Shown: positions 19,392 through 29,481, numbered from the stretch's first letter. The stretch: DNA of 60,120 nt from Akkermansia muciniphila (GCA_945900455.1 CAMDJH010000005.1:1-60120), one strand, 5' to 3'. Notes: a model not told the origin generated them from the sequence alone. Program-made: numbers and translations.

Positions 19392-20306
19392 ATGCGCACC
19401 AGATCTGTCTTCTCCTTGGCACTCCGCCTCCTCTCAATCGGTCTCTTATGGGCTTTTACGGTCGCTCCCTTCGCAGCGGAGCCCTCCGTTGCGGAGAAGC
19501 CTGTCGACCCGCCGCCGCAACAGGATCCGCTGGAACGGTTCCAATGGCTAAACGGTCCGGCCACGGCCGACTTGCGGTCACGGGCCCGGTTGCGTTTGCC
19601 CGCTGGATTTCGATTCGTTGAGTCCGGGGATGCGCAGAAAATCTTGAAGTTGATGGGCAATTCGCCCCATGGCAACGAGCTGGGTCTGGTGGAGTCTCGA
19701 TCGAATCACTGGTGGGCGATCTTTAGTTTTGATGAGGTCGGATATGTCAAGGACGACGAAAAGAAGGATTTGGATGCGGATAAATTGCTAGTACGAATGC
19801 GGCAGGGAGTCGATGAAGATAACAAGCGTCGAAAATCCGAGGGGATCCCAACTCTGGAAATTCTCGGATGGCATGTGGCACCGAAATTCAATGACGAGAC
19901 CAAGAACCTGGAGTGGTCACTCCTCGGCCAGAGCGCTGGAGAGAAGTTTGTGAATTATAACGTGCGACTCCTCGGTCGCAAAGGGGTCACGGAAGTGACC
20001 CTGATCGAAGATTTTGAAAAAGTGGATGCAGCAATGCCCGAGTTTCGGAGGATGTTGAACTCATTTCAGTATTCCCAGGGTGAAAACTACGCGGAGTTTC
20101 GGCAGGGCGATAAGATTGCGCAGTATGGATTGGGCGCACTGGTTCTGGGAGGCACGGCGGCCGCTGCTTATAAGCTTGGATTCTTCGGATTGGCTGCGGG
20201 TTTTCTGAAAAAGGCATTCAAGTTTATCGTGGTGGGTGTGGTGGCCTGCGGTGCCTGGATCAAGAAGGTCCTCACCGGCCGAAAGTCAGGCAGAAGTGAA
20301 GTATAA
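19392..20306 (+). CDS. DUF2167-family membrane-anchored protein
   Basis: GYVKDD, NYNVRLLGRKGV, YAEFRQGDKIAQYGLGALV motifs; N-terminal signal, C-terminal TM. Confidence 0.85.
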   Translation: MRTRSVFSLALRLLSIGLLWAFTVAPFAAEPSVAEKPVDPPPQQDPLERFQWLNGPATADLRSRARLRLPAGFRFVESGDAQKILKLMGNSPHGNELGLVESRSNHWWAIFSFDEVGYVKDDEKKDLDADKLLVRMRQGVDEDNKRRKSEGIPTLEILGWHVAPKFNDETKNLEWSLLGQSAGEKFVNYNVRLLGRKGVTEVTLIEDFEKVDAAMPEFRRMLNSFQYSQGENYAEFRQGDKIAQYGLGALVLGGTAAAAYKLGFFGLAAGFLKKAFKFIVVGVVACGAWIKKVLTGRKSGRSEV

Positions 20307-20400
20307 AACCGGGCGACGGGTTCGAGAGCGGCTGCTGCCGAGGCAATGATGCGTCCGGGGCTGGGATTGAATCTCAACGCTGCTTCCGAAATGGTTCACC

Positions 20401-21564
20401 ATGTCTGATCGCCAGTACCTATTGCTGGTTTTGGGATTCCTGGCCGTTACGGAATGTTTGTTCTGGGTGCGCCGCGGAGGTGTGGTCTTCCGACGAATGA
20501 TAACTCGGCGTTGGCACGCCGTTGTCCGCAGCGAGGCAATCAGCAATCACCATGGCGACTTGCATTGGTGTTGGCCGTTCCCCCCCGCTGGCAGCGTCTA
20601 CATCGCACGCAGTTGGCCCTTCGTCGCGGGGCCAGACGGCATTGCAAATGCCCAGGTGGAATGTCTGCATCCCTCGGGTCACGCCAGCACGGCGTCCGCG
20701 TTCTTCCCGTGGGCGGCCATTCGCGACGTAGTGGCTGACGGAAAGGTCCTGCGGATTAATGGTCAGCCGCTGTTTCGGAGCGATTCACCGTACGAACCTC
20801 TTCATTTTGAAGCTCTGCTGCGGGATCTTTCCCGACTTCCCGCCGCAGATCGTGCAACACGACTGCGCGAGTCCTTGCGGCAATCGTTTGACCGCGGGGC
20901 GTTGCAGACTTGCCGGGCGAATTTCACCCAACAGACGGCGAATTGGGTGACCGCCTGCACTGGGTTTTGGATTTTTCTTTTGATCGCATGCCCGGGGCTC
21001 CTGTGGCGGTTCGGTTGGCTCCCCGCCGTGTGGTGGCTGGCACCTGCGCTCCTCCTGCAATTGGCGTGGATCGTAGCTGGATTCATCCGACTCCACCGAA
21101 TGTTTTTTCCGGCGGCCAGCGATGAGCGATTCAAGCTGGCGTTGGTTTATGCCCTGGCACCGGTTTCCGCAACCCGTGCCCCGGATTCGTTGTCGCGCCC
21201 GTTGCTCGGTTCATTCCATCCACTCTGTGTGGCGGGTGAGTTGCTCCATTCTGAGGCGCTTGGGCCCCTGGCTGAACGTATCTGGCGGGATCTTCACTAT
21301 CCCCGGCCGGTGACGCTGGATTCGAGGATACCGGAGGTTGCCGCCGTGGAGGCCTGGTTTCGGTCGGAGATTAAATGTCGGGTGGAAGTCCTCTTGCGGG
21401 ACGTAAACTTGGATTCCGCTCTTTGGGAGCGGCCGCCGGTGCCAAGCGACCCGATGCATTCGCGGTATTGTCCGCGCTGCTTAAGTCAGTTCACCGAAGA
21501 GGCGAGGACCTGTGTCGACTGCGGCGGCCATCCGCTGTTTTCGATGCTCCTGCCCGTCGATTGA
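20401..21564 (+). CDS. Membrane protein of unknown function with C-terminal zinc ribbon
   Basis: N-terminal and central TM segments; C-terminal YCPRC...CVDCGG. Confidence 0.7.
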   Translation: MSDRQYLLLVLGFLAVTECLFWVRRGGVVFRRMITRRWHAVVRSEAISNHHGDLHWCWPFPPAGSVYIARSWPFVAGPDGIANAQVECLHPSGHASTASAFFPWAAIRDVVADGKVLRINGQPLFRSDSPYEPLHFEALLRDLSRLPAADRATRLRESLRQSFDRGALQTCRANFTQQTANWVTACTGFWIFLLIACPGLLWRFGWLPAVWWLAPALLLQLAWIVAGFIRLHRMFFPAASDERFKLALVYALAPVSATRAPDSLSRPLLGSFHPLCVAGELLHSEALGPLAERIWRDLHYPRPVTLDSRIPEVAAVEAWFRSEIKCRVEVLLRDVNLDSALWERPPVPSDPMHSRYCPRCLSQFTEEARTCVDCGGHPLFSMLLPVD

Positions 21565-21570
21565 AGCTCC

Positions 21571-21805
21571 CTTCGTGGCTTCGCGACTTCGCGCGAGTAT
21601 TCGGGTTCGCGGAGTCAGAAACTCCCGCAACCGGCAGGACGGAGACCTGCCTTTGGAGATTGGGCATTTTTTGGCCCCCTCTGGCTTTCCTTCGTCAGAA
21701 AATGGCCAATCTCCACGTTCAACATGGGCACCAGGTTTTCATTCGTGTCATTCGTGGGCGCACCCGCATTTTCTTTTGCCCACGAATCACACCAATCACA
21801 CGAAT
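21571..21805. repeat. Cluster of REP-like short repeats and hairpins
   Basis: CTTCGTGG-CTTCGCGA-CTTCGCGC (21571-94); hairpins 21609-28 and 21633-51; 17-bp IR 21654-70/21699-715 (1 mismatch); ATTCGTGTCATTCGTGGGC / GCCCACGAATCACACCAATCACACGAAT (21741-21805). Confidence 0.65.
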
Positions 21806-21888
21806 GCCTGAACCGATTGATGCGGGATTCGATAACGCCGATGGTTTCGAAGTTTGCGTGTTGAATCCGCGTTTGCTTGGATGAGTGG

Positions 21889-22377
21889 GTGAAACTCCCT
21901 CATCAGATCGCGACGCTCCTGTATTGTTTCAATGAAGGCGGTGACGTCTTGCTTCTGCACCGCAGTCAGGAGCCAAACGCGGGCCTTTGGAGTCCGCCGG
22001 GCGGCAAACTCAAGGCGGAGTACGGCGAATCGCCCTATGCGTGTGCTTGTCGTGAGGCTTTCGAAGAGATCGGCATTGCTCTGGCGCCGTCCGATTTGCA
22101 TTTGACCGGCATCATCAGCGAGCATGGGTATTCGGGAACAGCCCATTGGCTTTTGTTTCTTTTCGAAGTGCGCACCCGATTGCGGCAGCTTCCCCCTCCG
22201 CACCGGGAGGGGGGGTTCGGTTTCTTTTCGCGACCAGCCCTCAATGAACTGCCATTGCCGAGTACCGACCGAGAACAGCTCTGGCCCCTGTTTTGGAAGC
22301 ATCGGGGTGGCTATTTTGCCGCCCATTGCCACTGTCATCCGGGCGGCCCGGATGTTTGGACACTGGAAGAGTCTTGA
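21889..22377 (+). CDS. NUDIX hydrolase (MutT-like)
   Basis: Nudix box GGKLKAEYGESPYACACREAFEEIG; start GTG 21889 or TTG 21877. Confidence 0.88.
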   Translation: MKLPHQIATLLYCFNEGGDVLLLHRSQEPNAGLWSPPGGKLKAEYGESPYACACREAFEEIGIALAPSDLHLTGIISEHGYSGTAHWLLFLFEVRTRLRQLPPPHREGGFGFFSRPALNELPLPSTDREQLWPLFWKHRGGYFAAHCHCHPGGPDVWTLEES

Positions 22378-22442
22378 TTCCGCCGCCGACCGGGGGAAGA
22401 ATTTGCTGCGGAACCGAAATGTGACCCACCTGGAGGCACACC

Positions 22443-23003
22443 ATGGATGATCCACTGAATCTCGATGGCCGTTTTATGCAGGAGGCCTTACGGCAGGCTC
22501 GGCGTGCCTATGACGCCGCTGAGGTTCCGGTGGGAGCGGTGGTTGTCCGGGGGGGGAAGATTATCGGACGGGCCTTTAATCAGGTGGAACTTTTGAAGGA
22601 TGCGACGGCCCACGCGGAAATGCTGGCTCTGACCCAGGCGCAATCGGCCGTCGGTGACTGGCGACTGACGGATTGCACTCTGTATGTGACCAAGGAGCCA
22701 TGCCCCATGTGTGCGGGAGCTGTGGTCCATTGCCGTTGCGCCCGCGTCGTGTTCGGTGCCCCGGATCCAAAAGGAGGCGCTGCGGGAGGGGCTCTCAACC
22801 TCTTACAATTTCCCACGCTGAATCACCGCTGCGAAATCACCAGCGGGGTCCGCAGCGAAGAATGTACCACACTGCTCCGTCAATTCTTCGGCGAACAACG
22901 GACCCTCAACCGGGCACTACGGCTTTCGAGCACGCCTCGCGTTGCCGGGTCCAATCCGCCGGGTGGCTTCAAACCGGAAACACCTGGAGAGCCCGATCGC
23001 TGA
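22443..23003 (+). CDS. tadA: tRNA adenosine(34) deaminase
   Basis: EVPVGAVVV, TAHAEM, LYVTKEPCPMCAGA, DPKGGAAG, LNHR. Confidence 0.92.
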   Translation: MDDPLNLDGRFMQEALRQARRAYDAAEVPVGAVVVRGGKIIGRAFNQVELLKDATAHAEMLALTQAQSAVGDWRLTDCTLYVTKEPCPMCAGAVVHCRCARVVFGAPDPKGGAAGGALNLLQFPTLNHRCEITSGVRSEECTTLLRQFFGEQRTLNRALRLSSTPRVAGSNPPGGFKPETPGEPDR

Positions 23004-23017
23004 AGGCAGGTTCACGA

Positions 23018-23332
23018 TCAGCTGACCGCGATCAGTGACACCTTCCTCCCGCCGGTGTCCCGGCCGACACCGTGTGCCTTGGGGTCCAGAAGGATATTTC
23101 CATCGGCGTAGAACGCGTAGTGATGATGCCCGTGCGATAGCGGAAACTGGATCTGCCAGGAACCGTCGAAGTGTTGATGCATCGGGTTCGCGTTCGGGTG
23201 CCAATCATTGAAATCCCCAATGAGTGAGACCGCCGCGGCACCCGGCGCAATGCAGATGAAATTGGTCGGTCGCACCGTTTTCTTTGCCGACAAACGACTG
23301 TTCGAATTTCCGAGAGAATGGCTGGAATGCAT
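23018..23332 (-). CDS. Stand-alone CBM48/AMPK-type glycogen-binding protein
   Basis: APGAAAVSLIGDFNDW...GSW..L..G.HHY.F.ADG...DP. Confidence 0.8.
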   Translation of the reverse strand: MHSSHSLGNSNSRLSAKKTVRPTNFICIAPGAAAVSLIGDFNDWHPNANPMHQHFDGSWQIQFPLSHGHHHYAFYADGNILLDPKAHGVGRDTGGRKVSLIAVS

Positions 23333-23502
23333 AGCTGCTTCGTTGGACCGGCCTCCCTTGGAAAAATTCCGCAGGGGAAGATCCGGTACGGGCGCTAAAG
23401 AGCGAATCTCGTGCCATCCATCAAGATCAATCGATGAAAAATGAGATCGAATTTTCTAAGCGTCGGTTGTTTGGGGGGTCCTTTTGTGCCAAGCTGCTTT
23501 CC

Positions 23503-23706
23503 GTGGACTGGCAACAACCTATCGCCTTGGCGGTCGTCATCGCGACAGCCGCGACGGTCCTCTGGCGATTGTTTCGCCCCGCGCGGTTTCGGCTGAACAA
23601 GTCACTCCCCTGCGGGTGTGCGGGTGCCGGATCCGGCATTCGTCCGCCGGGTTTGCTCGTTCACTCCCGCCGCGGTGAACGGCCCACCGTTTCCATGAAG
23701 CATTGA
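23503..23706 (+). CDS. Small single-TM Cys-containing protein (FeoB-associated Cys-rich membrane protein-like)
   Basis: GTG start MDWQQPIALAVV..., TM helix then LPCGC. Confidence 0.55.
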   Translation: MDWQQPIALAVVIATAATVLWRLFRPARFRLNKSLPCGCAGAGSGIRPPGLLVHSRRGERPTVSMKH

Positions 23707-23734
23707 TGAACAGCCCCGGCCTTTCACCCGTCTC

Positions 23735-24472
23735 ATGCCTACCGTGAATCGATTTCATGCCCATGCCTTGGGTGCTTTTCTTATTCTCCACACCGTTGCA
23801 CTCGGCTCTCCCGAGACCGAGGCAGGGCAGGCGCTGGCGGCTGAATTACGTCAACAACGGCCCTCGGAGGGCTCCACTAACTTAGCCCGGCTCCGGTTAA
23901 TCGACCCAGACGGTCGGAGAAGAACCGTTCCGGTGACGATTACCACCCATGTTGGCGATGCTCAATGGACGGTCCGGTACGAGGCGGTTCGGACGCCCGG
24001 CGGGGCAGGGGAGACGGTCACCATTGTATATCGGGACCGCCAGGCGCCCGTGTACGAAATCGCCCAGGCCGGAAAAGCTCCCGGGCGATTGACGGGCGAG
24101 GCGGCGTTCACGTCCTTCGCTGGATCCGATTTCTGGTTCGCTGACCTTGGCCGGGAATTCCTCCACTGGCCGGATCAACGAATCGTCGGCCGCGAACCTC
24201 ACAGCGGCCGGATGTGTGGGAAACTGGAAAGCGTCAACCCGTCCACCAACGGTTACGCCCGGGTGATTTCATGGGTGGATGCTGAGTACAACGGGCTGTT
24301 GGGTGCTGAGGCCTATGATACCCAGGGACGGTTGGTGAAACGTTTCGCGACCGGCAGCATTCAGCGGCACGGCGAGGGCTACATGCTGAAGGATGTTAAG
24401 ATCCGCGACTCGCGCAAAGATTCCGTCACCGAGCTCGAGTTTGAGCAGCCGGCCCGCCCGACAAACCCCTGA
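23735..24472 (+). CDS. LolA-like outer-membrane lipoprotein-sorting family protein
   Basis: Signal peptide; FAGSDFWFADL, Y.RVISWVD, EAYD..G.LVK motifs. Confidence 0.8.
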   Translation: MPTVNRFHAHALGAFLILHTVALGSPETEAGQALAAELRQQRPSEGSTNLARLRLIDPDGRRRTVPVTITTHVGDAQWTVRYEAVRTPGGAGETVTIVYRDRQAPVYEIAQAGKAPGRLTGEAAFTSFAGSDFWFADLGREFLHWPDQRIVGREPHSGRMCGKLESVNPSTNGYARVISWVDAEYNGLLGAEAYDTQGRLVKRFATGSIQRHGEGYMLKDVKIRDSRKDSVTELEFEQPARPTNP

Positions 24473-24502
24473 GGGCCTGTTCGGAATTTTTAGACGGGCT
24501 CT
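24472..24502. terminator. Hairpin between convergent genes (bidirectional terminator or IS-end-like REP)
   Basis: AGGGCCTGTT...GACGGGCTCT pairs with G-U wobbles. Confidence 0.4.
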
Positions 24503-24516
24503 AAGCCTGGTGGATC

Positions 24517-27264
24517 TCAAAGATTCCGGCGCCGATTCAACACCGTTAGCAGGGCCGGAAGAAAGGTGAGTCCGGCAACCATGCAGGTGGTCGTTCCGAC
24601 GGCCATCACCGCTCCCAGGCTGCGGATGCCCGTGTGCTCGGCGATCAATAGGCTGCCGAATCCCGCAATGGTCGTAAGACCGGAAACAAAAACCGCTTTA
24701 CCGGTGCTTTTTGCCAGGATCGAGGGATTTTTCTCCTCCGCAAAACGATTAAGGATATGGATTCCGTTAGTGACGCCGATTCCAATGACCAGCGGGAGGG
24801 TCATGATGTTCGCCGGATTGAATGGGATGCCCGTCCAACCCATGAAGCCAATCATCCAGATAGCGCCGATCATCACCGGCAGGAGGGACAGAATCACACT
24901 TAACACGCGCCGGAAATGGATGTAGACGAGAACGATTATGGCGACGAGCGCCCATCCGGCCGCCTCCACGTAACTCGTCTTTAGCAGGCTGGTGTACTCC
25001 AGCAGTTGAACGGGTGTTCCCGTCACATCGGGATCCACAGTCCGGAGCTCGCGAACAAATTCCTCCTGCGCGTCGCGCTGCCAGGCATCCCGCCGCGGGT
25101 AAACTTGGATCAGGTGTTTTCCATGGATCCCGAGAAATCGGTGCCGCATGGCAATCGGCAGATCGTCCGCTTGAAGCCCCGAGCTGGAATCCTGCGTGCG
25201 CAAGGTTTCGAAGGTGTCTCGGAGGTCCGAAAACAGCGCTTGCTGAAAATACCCCAATCGGACCGCATTCTCGCTCTTCCTTCCCTGGTGCATCGCATAC
25301 CGCAACGTTCCAAGGGTTCCGCGCAACGACAACACATTGGTCAATAGTACGCCCTGGTTCGTTTCGCCTCGGAGGGTGTCGGCAATGAGTCCCAGGTACC
25401 CCTGCAGCGACCACAAAATATTGCTAAGTTCACTGATCTCCACGGGCTTTAGGTCCGGTTCCCCAAACTGAAAGCTGGATACCGCAGATCGGATCCGGGC
25501 CACGTGCACCAGTTTGCCAGTCGCGCTCTGGTCAAGATACTGCGCCATGGAATCGTTGGTGAATACGGACGGAAGCGCCCGGAGCTTCTCCTCGATCAGG
25601 CGAGCCTCGGGCAGGGAATTCGCCACAATCGCCCCGTATAAAACCGAACGTTCACTCGAACGGATTAATTTCTTTTCGAAGATCACCGAATCGAGTCTCG
25701 GACTCTGCATGTTGAGAAGGTTGTAGTCGAAAAACACCGCGGGAAATTGAACGATCGACAGCAGACAAACGACGGAAACGACCCCGATCACCGTCCAGGG
25801 CCGATCCAGCCAGAGACGCTCGAATCGAGCTCGCGAGTCCGGTACGGATCCGCCCGTCGACCCCGCAGAAGGCGTCGCATCGGTCCTCGCCTCATTCGGG
25901 TCAATCGCGTTCTGACGGCTTCGGCGCAGCAGGAGCACCGGTAGCAGAGTCATCATCGGTACGAGACAGATCAGCATGCCCCCCCCCGTGATGATCCCCA
26001 TCTCCTGGATTCCCTTGAAATCCGTCAGTGCCATTGCGAAAAATGCCCCGGCCGTTGTAAAGCAGCCGGTGAAGATGCCTTGCCCCGTATTGACAATGGC
26101 CTTTTCCATCGCGGCGCGCGGGCTTTGACCGAGGCGCAGTTCTTCCTCGTAGCGCGTGATCAGGTGAACTCCGAAGTCGATTGCCAGTCCGATCAGCATG
26201 GGAACAAACGTGATCGTAAGAATGTTGAGATGACCGATTACCAGGGTCGTATAGCCTAGTGTATATCCCAGGCCGATCACGAGGCAGAGAACGGCCTGCA
26301 GGGGCCGGCCGGTCTCGCCGTAGCCGAAAACAAAGATCGCGGCAACGATCACCAGAGAGAGGATCGTGGCGCGGGTCGAGTCGTGCTGAGACTGCTGCAT
26401 TTCGTCGTATTCCAGAACGGGTTCGCCCGTGATGCCGACGTTGACGCCGGGCACCTCTCGGTGAGTTTCGTCAATCAGCCTGCGAAATAGCGCCACAGCG
26501 GCCGGACCCAACGATTCAAGACGTGCCTTGGCTGTAGCGATATAGATTCGGCCGTGGTCAAAGGTGATGTATTTTGCCCGTTCCGCCTCCGGTCCCGCGC
26601 CAAACAGGGCATCGACTCCCGGGGAGGGAGCGATGCCAGATTTCCCCAGGCTTTCATTGGCCCGACGAACAATCCGTTCGAGAGCCGGCAGGGCGCGAAC
26701 CATCGATTCGTTCGCAGCCGATGTCTCCCGCTTGGCCGTCCGAATCTGGTGGTTTACCGATCCGAAAAGTGTCGTGAGGTTGCTGGCACTGGCAAACTGC
26801 TGGATGAAGGGTCGGTACTCGGCAATCGTGCGACTCAATTCCTCGAGGTCTGGCTCCGGAACAAAAAGTAGGGCCTTCCGCCCCATCAATTTAAGATCCC
26901 CCTTGAAGAGAACATCCTCCAGCAGGTTCGTCGGGTGGACGGTCGTGGAGTGGCTTTCCAGGCGTGCGCCGAGTCGCTCGATAAATTGCCTGTTTTTCTC
27001 GTGATCCTCGCTTTCCACCACCGCGACCAAGTCGTCCTGGACCGGAAATTCCTTCTTAAACAGCTGGAAATTCCGGTGGTACCGCTTCTCCGCACCGACC
27101 AGATTTTTGCGGTCGAGGTCCGGCTTTAAGAATCTCCACGTCCCCCCCACAGCGATCAGGAACAGCACGATCTGAGGCCAGAGGATCCAATCGGGCCGGT
27201 GGTAAAGCAGATCGGCCAACCGACGAAGGATGCGGACGGCAAAAGTATCGTGTTCGGCGGACAT
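24517..27264 (-). CDS. MMPL/RND-family lipid transporter (HpnN-like)
   Basis: Two MMPL halves: TGEPVL..E, GLAIDFGVH..RYEEE, TGTPV, FNPANI..LPLVIGIGV; ATG 27264 (MSAEH). Confidence 0.88.
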   Translation of the reverse strand: MSAEHDTFAVRILRRLADLLYHRPDWILWPQIVLFLIAVGGTWRFLKPDLDRKNLVGAEKRYHRNFQLFKKEFPVQDDLVAVVESEDHEKNRQFIERLGARLESHSTTVHPTNLLEDVLFKGDLKLMGRKALLFVPEPDLEELSRTIAEYRPFIQQFASASNLTTLFGSVNHQIRTAKRETSAANESMVRALPALERIVRRANESLGKSGIAPSPGVDALFGAGPEAERAKYITFDHGRIYIATAKARLESLGPAAVALFRRLIDETHREVPGVNVGITGEPVLEYDEMQQSQHDSTRATILSLVIVAAIFVFGYGETGRPLQAVLCLVIGLGYTLGYTTLVIGHLNILTITFVPMLIGLAIDFGVHLITRYEEELRLGQSPRAAMEKAIVNTGQGIFTGCFTTAGAFFAMALTDFKGIQEMGIITGGGMLICLVPMMTLLPVLLLRRSRQNAIDPNEARTDATPSAGSTGGSVPDSRARFERLWLDRPWTVIGVVSVVCLLSIVQFPAVFFDYNLLNMQSPRLDSVIFEKKLIRSSERSVLYGAIVANSLPEARLIEEKLRALPSVFTNDSMAQYLDQSATGKLVHVARIRSAVSSFQFGEPDLKPVEISELSNILWSLQGYLGLIADTLRGETNQGVLLTNVLSLRGTLGTLRYAMHQGRKSENAVRLGYFQQALFSDLRDTFETLRTQDSSSGLQADDLPIAMRHRFLGIHGKHLIQVYPRRDAWQRDAQEEFVRELRTVDPDVTGTPVQLLEYTSLLKTSYVEAAGWALVAIIVLVYIHFRRVLSVILSLLPVMIGAIWMIGFMGWTGIPFNPANIMTLPLVIGIGVTNGIHILNRFAEEKNPSILAKSTGKAVFVSGLTTIAGFGSLLIAEHTGIRSLGAVMAVGTTTCMVAGLTFLPALLTVLNRRRNL

Positions 27265-27545
27265 GGCGGGCGACACGATCAAGCAGGGCTGGGGCGAACA
27301 TGCCAAGCCAGGAAACAAGAAAGATGCGCGGCTGGAGGTCGACGGACGGCACATTTTCAATGTCGAATTGAGCCAGTTCCAAGAAACTCATCAGATCGGT
27401 GCGTGACGAACCGCTCCCGCTGTGTTCAAATGCATCTGTGACCCGCATTTTTGAAACCTGTGAGCAGGTTGTTCCGGATTTTATGTTTTTCTGTTTGACC
27501 CGGTGGCGTCACTTCTTTAATTACCCAGCAGCTTTTCCGACTTCG

Positions 27546-27578
27546 CTCGCTCGCGGGGATTCCGCGGCGAGTTTTTTT
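27546..27578 (+). promoter_or_regulatory. Terminator-like hairpin plus T7 in the 5' leader of the pilM operon (possible attenuator)
   Basis: CTCGC(T)CGCGGG-GAT-TCCGCGGCGAG-TTTTTTT, 35 bp before ATG 27613; the upstream gene is divergent. Confidence 0.5.
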
Positions 27579-27612
27579 ATCGCGTTGATTCCGTGACCGC
27601 GAGAGCAAGAAC

Positions 27613-29475
27613 ATGTTGAAATCGAAGACTATCCTCGGGGTTGATTTTGGGGCCGGCTGCCTCAAGGCGGCCGAATTCGCTCCTGGCGACGACGGGGGGC
27701 TGAAGCTCCTCCGTTTCGCGGTGAAGCCGTTGGGCCTCGCAGGGTCTCAGGACGCCGCGCGTGACAACGTCGTCAAGAAAGCCTTTGGAGAATTGATTAC
27801 GGAGGGTGGATTCGTTGCCCGCGATGCCAATGTCTGCGCCCCCGGTTTCCAAGTCTTCTCCAAGTTTATCAAGCTGCCGCCGGTTGATACGTCCAAGGTC
27901 ACTCAGATAATTCAGTACGAGGCTCAGCAAAATATCCCATTTCCGTTGGCGGAGGCAGTTTGGGACTATCAGATCCTCGGAACGAGCACGGGTGGAGAAT
28001 TAGAGGTTCTTTTGGTTGCCATTAAGGCGGACCTCGTCGAAAAGCTGTTCAGCACGAGTGAATCCACCGGCCTACGAACACAGATGGTGGATGTTTCCAT
28101 GGCCGCGCTGGCAAATGCCTTCCGGTTCAATTATCCCGACGCGGAAGGATGCTCTCTCCTGATCGATCTCGGGGCGAAGACGAGTAATGTGCTCCTGTTT
28201 GAAAAGAACAAGTTCTACACCCGAGGCATCAATATTGGCGCGAATGCAGTCACCCAAGAGTTTGCCGCCGAGGCCAAATTGCCCTTTGCGGAAGCCGAGA
28301 AGTTCAAGATCTCAGACGGATTCGTCAGCCTTGGCGGTGCGTACGAGGAGCCCGACAACCCACGCCTCGCGACGGTATCCAAGGTAGCCCGTAACGTGTT
28401 GACTCGTCTCCATTTGCAGGTCAACCAGACGATCCAGTTTTACCGAACTCAGCAGGGTGGCTCGGTGCCATCCCAGGTTTATCTCTGCGGCGGTGGCTCC
28501 ATCATGCCTTATGCCACTCAGTTTTTTCAGGAAAAACTAAACCTGCCTGTCGAATTTTTTAACCCGTTCCGAAGTGTTCAGGTGGACGCAGGCGTCAATG
28601 TCGCCGAACTGGAAAAATATGCTCAGTGCTTCGGCGAAGTCGTTGGGCTCGGCCTTCGCAATATTGCCCAGTGCCCGGTCGAGTTAGACCTCACTCCGAA
28701 AGCTTCCAAGTCCCGACAAGAGTTCAACAGTAAGAAACCTTTCCTCGTCGGAGCTCTTGCCGCCCTTGCTTTGGGTGGTTTCGCGTATGGCTTCTTTAAT
28801 ACTCGGGTGGCGGAAGCCAAACAGAAGGCGTTGGACGATATCAAGGTCCAGTTGGATCCGCTGCAGAATACGGAAAGCCGCCTTAAGACTGAGGAGGCCA
28901 AACTCAAGGCGGCCACCGACGAAACAGAATTGCTGGCCGGGTTTGTCCGGGAGAAAACGTATTGGGGCGATATCCTTACCGAAATTCGCCGCGTCTTAAT
29001 GATGACGGAGGCGGGCACGCAGCAGAAACTCGGACGTCCGGCCGGGGTCTGGATCGACAAATTACTCTCGGTGGAGCCCACCAATCCGGATGGAGAGACC
29101 GCTGAAGAAGCCCCCGTAATGCGGTCGATGTTCATGGACCCTATCTTGATGAAGCGCTATGGCCTCAGAATGCCCGGCATGATGGCGCCTTCGGCGGATT
29201 CCGATTCAGCCGAGGGGACGGGAGCGGCGAAAAAACCCGAGAAAAACACGAACGAAGTCGCCACGGTGACTGTGACAATGCGCGCCGTCAGTCTCCGCCA
29301 GTCCAATCCGAACGCTGACAATGAGTTGGCGTATGACCTTCTGAATGAACTTAAGGCGAGTCGTTTTTTTGACGAAAAGGAGACCGTCCTCTCCGGCAAT
29401 CTGAATCAGGAGGAACATTCGCCGACATACACCTTCGACGTGAAGCTCAAATTGAAGCGTCCGATCAAGCTCTGA
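27613..29475 (+). CDS. pilM: Type IV pilus/T2SS assembly protein, PilM-PilN fusion (Amuc_1101-like)
   Basis: Actin-like GVDFGAG, YEAQQNIPFPL..WDYQ, LIDLGA, LCGGGS; PVELDLTP (PilN INLLP-like); TM helix; coiled coil and periplasmic domain. Confidence 0.88.
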   Translation: MLKSKTILGVDFGAGCLKAAEFAPGDDGGLKLLRFAVKPLGLAGSQDAARDNVVKKAFGELITEGGFVARDANVCAPGFQVFSKFIKLPPVDTSKVTQIIQYEAQQNIPFPLAEAVWDYQILGTSTGGELEVLLVAIKADLVEKLFSTSESTGLRTQMVDVSMAALANAFRFNYPDAEGCSLLIDLGAKTSNVLLFEKNKFYTRGINIGANAVTQEFAAEAKLPFAEAEKFKISDGFVSLGGAYEEPDNPRLATVSKVARNVLTRLHLQVNQTIQFYRTQQGGSVPSQVYLCGGGSIMPYATQFFQEKLNLPVEFFNPFRSVQVDAGVNVAELEKYAQCFGEVVGLGLRNIAQCPVELDLTPKASKSRQEFNSKKPFLVGALAALALGGFAYGFFNTRVAEAKQKALDDIKVQLDPLQNTESRLKTEEAKLKAATDETELLAGFVREKTYWGDILTEIRRVLMMTEAGTQQKLGRPAGVWIDKLLSVEPTNPDGETAEEAPVMRSMFMDPILMKRYGLRMPGMMAPSADSDSAEGTGAAKKPEKNTNEVATVTVTMRAVSLRQSNPNADNELAYDLLNELKASRFFDEKETVLSGNLNQEEHSPTYTFDVKLKLKRPIKL

Positions 29476-29481
29476 CCCGCT

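Noticed and set aside
21571-21805. Possible CRISPR array
   Set aside because: No constant 25-45-bp repeat with regular spacers, and no cas genes
27400-27612. c-di-GMP riboswitch upstream of pilM
   Set aside because: Consensus GEMM elements not recognisable by eye; only a terminator-like hairpin is supported
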